A stretch of DNA of 64,000 nt from Hyphochytrium catenoides (Eukaryota; Protista; Hyphochytriomycota): positions 1-64,000 of the forward strand of contig FLMG01001674.1 in the NCBI GenBank assembly GCA_900088475.1, in the 5' to 3' direction. Positions 62,266 to 64,000 of this stretch are shown here, piece after piece. The notes under the pieces are model-generated. The model did not search any database. It worked only from the letters and a program-made list of their open reading frames with translations, and was not told the DNA's origin. The translations under genes and the position numbers were made by a program. Numbering within the stretch: position 1 is the stretch's first letter; every line of letters starts with the position of its first letter.

Positions 62266-64000
62266 AGTCGTCGCCAACTTGGCGGCGTGTGTCCGAGCAG
62301 ATAGAATGGAGGCAAATGAAGTGAGGAAAAAGATAGCTGCAACAGGAAAAGAAGAGGGAAGAATGAACCTGGAGGTCAGTGCACCAAGGGAGAAAAGGTG
62401 AGCAGCAAGCCTTCAGAAGAATAAGAGGTTGAGCTCGATCTTCCTCCAAGGGCAAGCAGCAAGCAACAGGGGAAAGAGCTGCCAGAAACGAAGGGGTCGG
62501 GGTTAGAATGTGAGAGGCGAAGGTTGGATAGCTGAGCTGGTTCACTGCTGGAGTGTGAAGCGGGTGTGAGTTCTGTCTGCCTACATTCAGTTCAGTAACA
62601 AGGCGCCAGGAAGCACAGCAACAGCAGCCTTACCTTACGCCCATTGCCGTCACGGTGAGAGCTGAGGTGAGGTCGTAGAGGAAGGTGCAGGGAATGGACA
62701 CTTCAGGGTGGGAAAGGTGGGGAGGCAAGCCAAAGAACAGAAAGAAATCAGCGGCAAACAGTGCGACTGGCTCTTCCTCCTTCCCTCCCTCTCTCTGCGT
62801 GGTCTACAGTGCACTACTTTAGGCCCTCGTCTTCCACAGTGTGGAGAAGCAGCGCCAGGCTTGCCTGTGAGAGAGGAGGGAAGAAGACCAGCAGCATCAC
62901 AGTCGAAGGCAGCGGAAAAAAGATCTAGTTGTGAGGCAATGGCAGGGATCTTCCTTCTTATGATGATGAGCATCCTCCTGCGTCATCACGAGGACAGAAC
63001 GGCGAAGACAGAGTGTGGCCGGGTGGGGGTGAGAGATAGAGGATAAGTTGTGCGAGATGCCCAGGCCGTCACCTTGCCGTCCAAAGCCCCGTCAGATTGT
63101 TCCCCCTAATATTTTTACTATAAGAAAGAGAGAGGGCTATTCAGCTCCCCACAAGGCGCGGTGGGGGAAGGGCAAAAAGCACACGAAATGGGTCACCAGA
63201 GCGCGCTTTTGTACGGTCTCGAGCCCTAAACGGTGCAAAGGCCTAAACAGAGCGGAACCGTCATTGTTCTGCTCAGTAATAGACGAGGCATACCAGAGGG
63301 TAAATATACGGGATCAAGGGCGTAGTAAGAGGTCTGTAAAATGTCTACCCACCCAGTGGGGTCCTACATCACTGGTGCGTTGATTTAGAATAGATGACGG
63401 TTGAGAAAGCCTCATTCCGGAGAGGGGGAGTCGGATTTTTTGTTAGGTGAGGCACCAGGTGGTGTCCCTTGTGCTACAGGTTGCGGCCCTGTCCTCACAG
63501 TCCTGTGTGTTACTTAGTGTAACGCCTAACTATCTTGCTCTGTGAAAAGTGTGGGTGATAGTGATGAGGATAGTCCAAGGGTGAGAGACAGGCGATGGCC
63601 AAGTGGCGCCAATGATCTGTATGGTGGAAGGGAACATAGGCCGTGGATGCACAAGTGTACGGAGCAGGACTATGTACTGGCCAATATGACCTCGGATGGT
63701 ATGGTTGGGGCTGAGACATGAGGCCTTCTCATCAGGGCTGCACTTCCATTAGAGGAGGTAACGCAGGATTAGAGGATGCAACGCAGGCATGACTGGTGCT
63801 TGTCCTTGCCCGTCAAGTCGAAGAGGCTAGAGTTGATGATGGCTTTGACGACAGTGAATGCCCAGTCACCCTGCCTCCTTCTTCCGGCTATAACCATCAG
63901 ACAGGAGGAAATCATGGGTCGCATTGCTTTTTGCAGTGCTCTTAGCGGAGCTTCATCCTCTTCAAAGATTGGACTAAGGAGTCTCTCTTCTTTAGCGCAC

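Noticed and set aside
63510-64000. Possible 3' end of a minus-strand gene at the window edge
   Set aside because: Only short open frames with no recognisable domain or convincing splice structure.

Overview
Eukaryotic genomic DNA with spliceosomal introns. The eIF2B-epsilon, GDP-mannose epimerase and SOD-like genes look protist or algal, possibly stramenopile, but that assignment is inference. The window has two domains. From 1 to about 39.1 kb, introns, intergenic DNA and even exons are saturated with (CT)n/(GA)n microsatellites, so most ORFs in the supplied track there are (SL)n/(ER)n artefacts. Genes I reconstructed by hand in this part are: a Cu/Zn-SOD homologue lacking 3 of the 7 canonical metal ligands and both disulfide cysteines, a Nudix hydrolase with a probable GC-AG intron, a SMIM13-like microprotein, eIF2B-epsilon, an intronless secreted Gly/Met-repeat protein, GDP-mannose 3,5-epimerase, a FYVE-like zinc finger fused to a class 3 lipase, and a trypsin. 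From about 39.2 to 64 kb the sequence is microsatellite-poor and begins at an N-gap followed by an inverted repeat enclosing telomere-like repeats. It holds three intronless paralogues of an unrecognised ~6-TM protein family, a ~1 kb mini LTR element carrying only a chromodomain, an intronless bacterial-type MDR oxidoreductase, and a fungal-type group III poly-HAMP hybrid histidine kinase. Best candidates for undescribed biology are the 6-TM paralogue cluster (possibly a sensory island with the kinase), introns with complementary GA and CU tracts that could pair their ends, the metal-ligand-deficient SOD, and the chromodomain-only mini-retroelement. No database searches were run; family calls rest on motif recognition.
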